Below, in pieces: positions 63,612-64,000 of a stretch of 64,000 nt of DNA. A program made the position numbers and the translations under genes. Position 1 is the first letter of the stretch, and each line of letters opens with the position of its first letter. The notes beneath the pieces were generated by a model, which saw only the letters and a program-made list of their open reading frames with translations, did not search any database and had not been told where the DNA came from. The DNA lies in the NCBI GenBank assembly GCA_022819825.1, contig JAJEGM010000010.1:2318-66317 (forward strand), given 5' to 3'. Origin of the DNA: Acidimicrobiia bacterium (GTDB lineage Bacteria; Actinomycetota; Acidimicrobiia; Acidimicrobiales; Bin134).

Positions 63612-64000
63612 GTCTAATCCTCGGATCAAGCAGGGCGTAGGTGATCTCCACCAGCATGTTCAACATGATGTAGGCCACTGCCACCACCAGCACCAGACCT
63701 TGCAGCACTACCAGGTCATTGCCGGTGATGGAGTCCACCATCTTGAGCCCCATTCCCGGGAGCTGGAACAGCACCTCGATGATGACGGTGCCACCGATGA
63801 GCCGGCCGGTGCTCACCCCCGCCAAAGTGATGAGCGAGAATGACGACGGTCGCAGGGCGTGGCGAAACAGCACGTGGGCGGGAGACATGCCCTTGGCTCG
63901 GGCCGTCAGCACGAAGTCGTTTTGCAGGGTGGCCATCATGTCGGCCCTCAACAACCGCTGGAACACGGCGATCTCGGTCAGAGACAACGCGACCACCGGC
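63604..64000 (-). CDS. ABC transporter permease, DppB/OppB-like, second copy (C-terminal part; continues beyond window end)
   Basis: The C-terminal region (LTARAKGMSPAHVLFRHALRPSSFSLITLAG...LLDPRIRRG) parallels 44286..45413. Confidence 0.8.
   Translation of the reverse strand, partial: PVVALSLTEIAVFQRLLRADMMATLQNDFVLTARAKGMSPAHVLFRHALRPSSFSLITLAGVSTGRLIGGTVIIEVLFQLPGMGLKMVDSITGNDLVVLQGLVLVVAVAYIMLNMLVEITYALLDPRIRRG

Overview
This is a high-GC, actinobacterial-type chromosomal segment. Hand-counted core lines give about 70% GC. Genes are densely packed, and many neighbours share 4-nt GTGA or ATGA start/stop overlaps.

Positions 1-36.3 kb are conserved housekeeping genes:
- nadE and a nitrogen-assimilation block (glnA, glnA2, an atypical OmpR-type regulator, ridA, glnE)
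- a compact 2Fe-2S/XDH-like protein and Fe-S carriers (IscA-type, Mrp/ApbC)
- fxsA, selenocysteine machinery (selA-selB), whiB, nfeD, a STAS protein and a receiver protein
- tRNA-Pro(CGG) with an IS481-family element directly abutting its 3' end
- a GCS2 ligase, rlmB-ispF-ispD, hemB and clpC
- the mycobacteria-like block lysS-coaX-nadC-panC-folK-folB-(pseudophosphatase)-folP-folE

Positions 36.4-64 kb look accessory:
- a tandem-fused family III CoA-transferase next to a 1171-aa indolepyruvate:ferredoxin oxidoreductase-family protein
- a vapBC toxin-antitoxin pair
- two paralogous Dpp/Opp-like ABC permease operons

Between those two ABC operons lies a lower-GC, tightly packed six-gene minus-strand operon, which is the most interesting part of the window. 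It holds two NCS2-fold permease paralogs with an extra C-terminal domain, a 3197-aa type I PKS (KS-AT-DH-cMT-ER-KR-ACP-KS with the second AT cleanly missing), a discrete ACP, an Sfp-type PPTase and an alpha/beta hydrolase.

I found no rRNA, no CRISPR array and no tRNA-Sec. All functional calls come from reading motifs in the supplied translations; no database search was possible.
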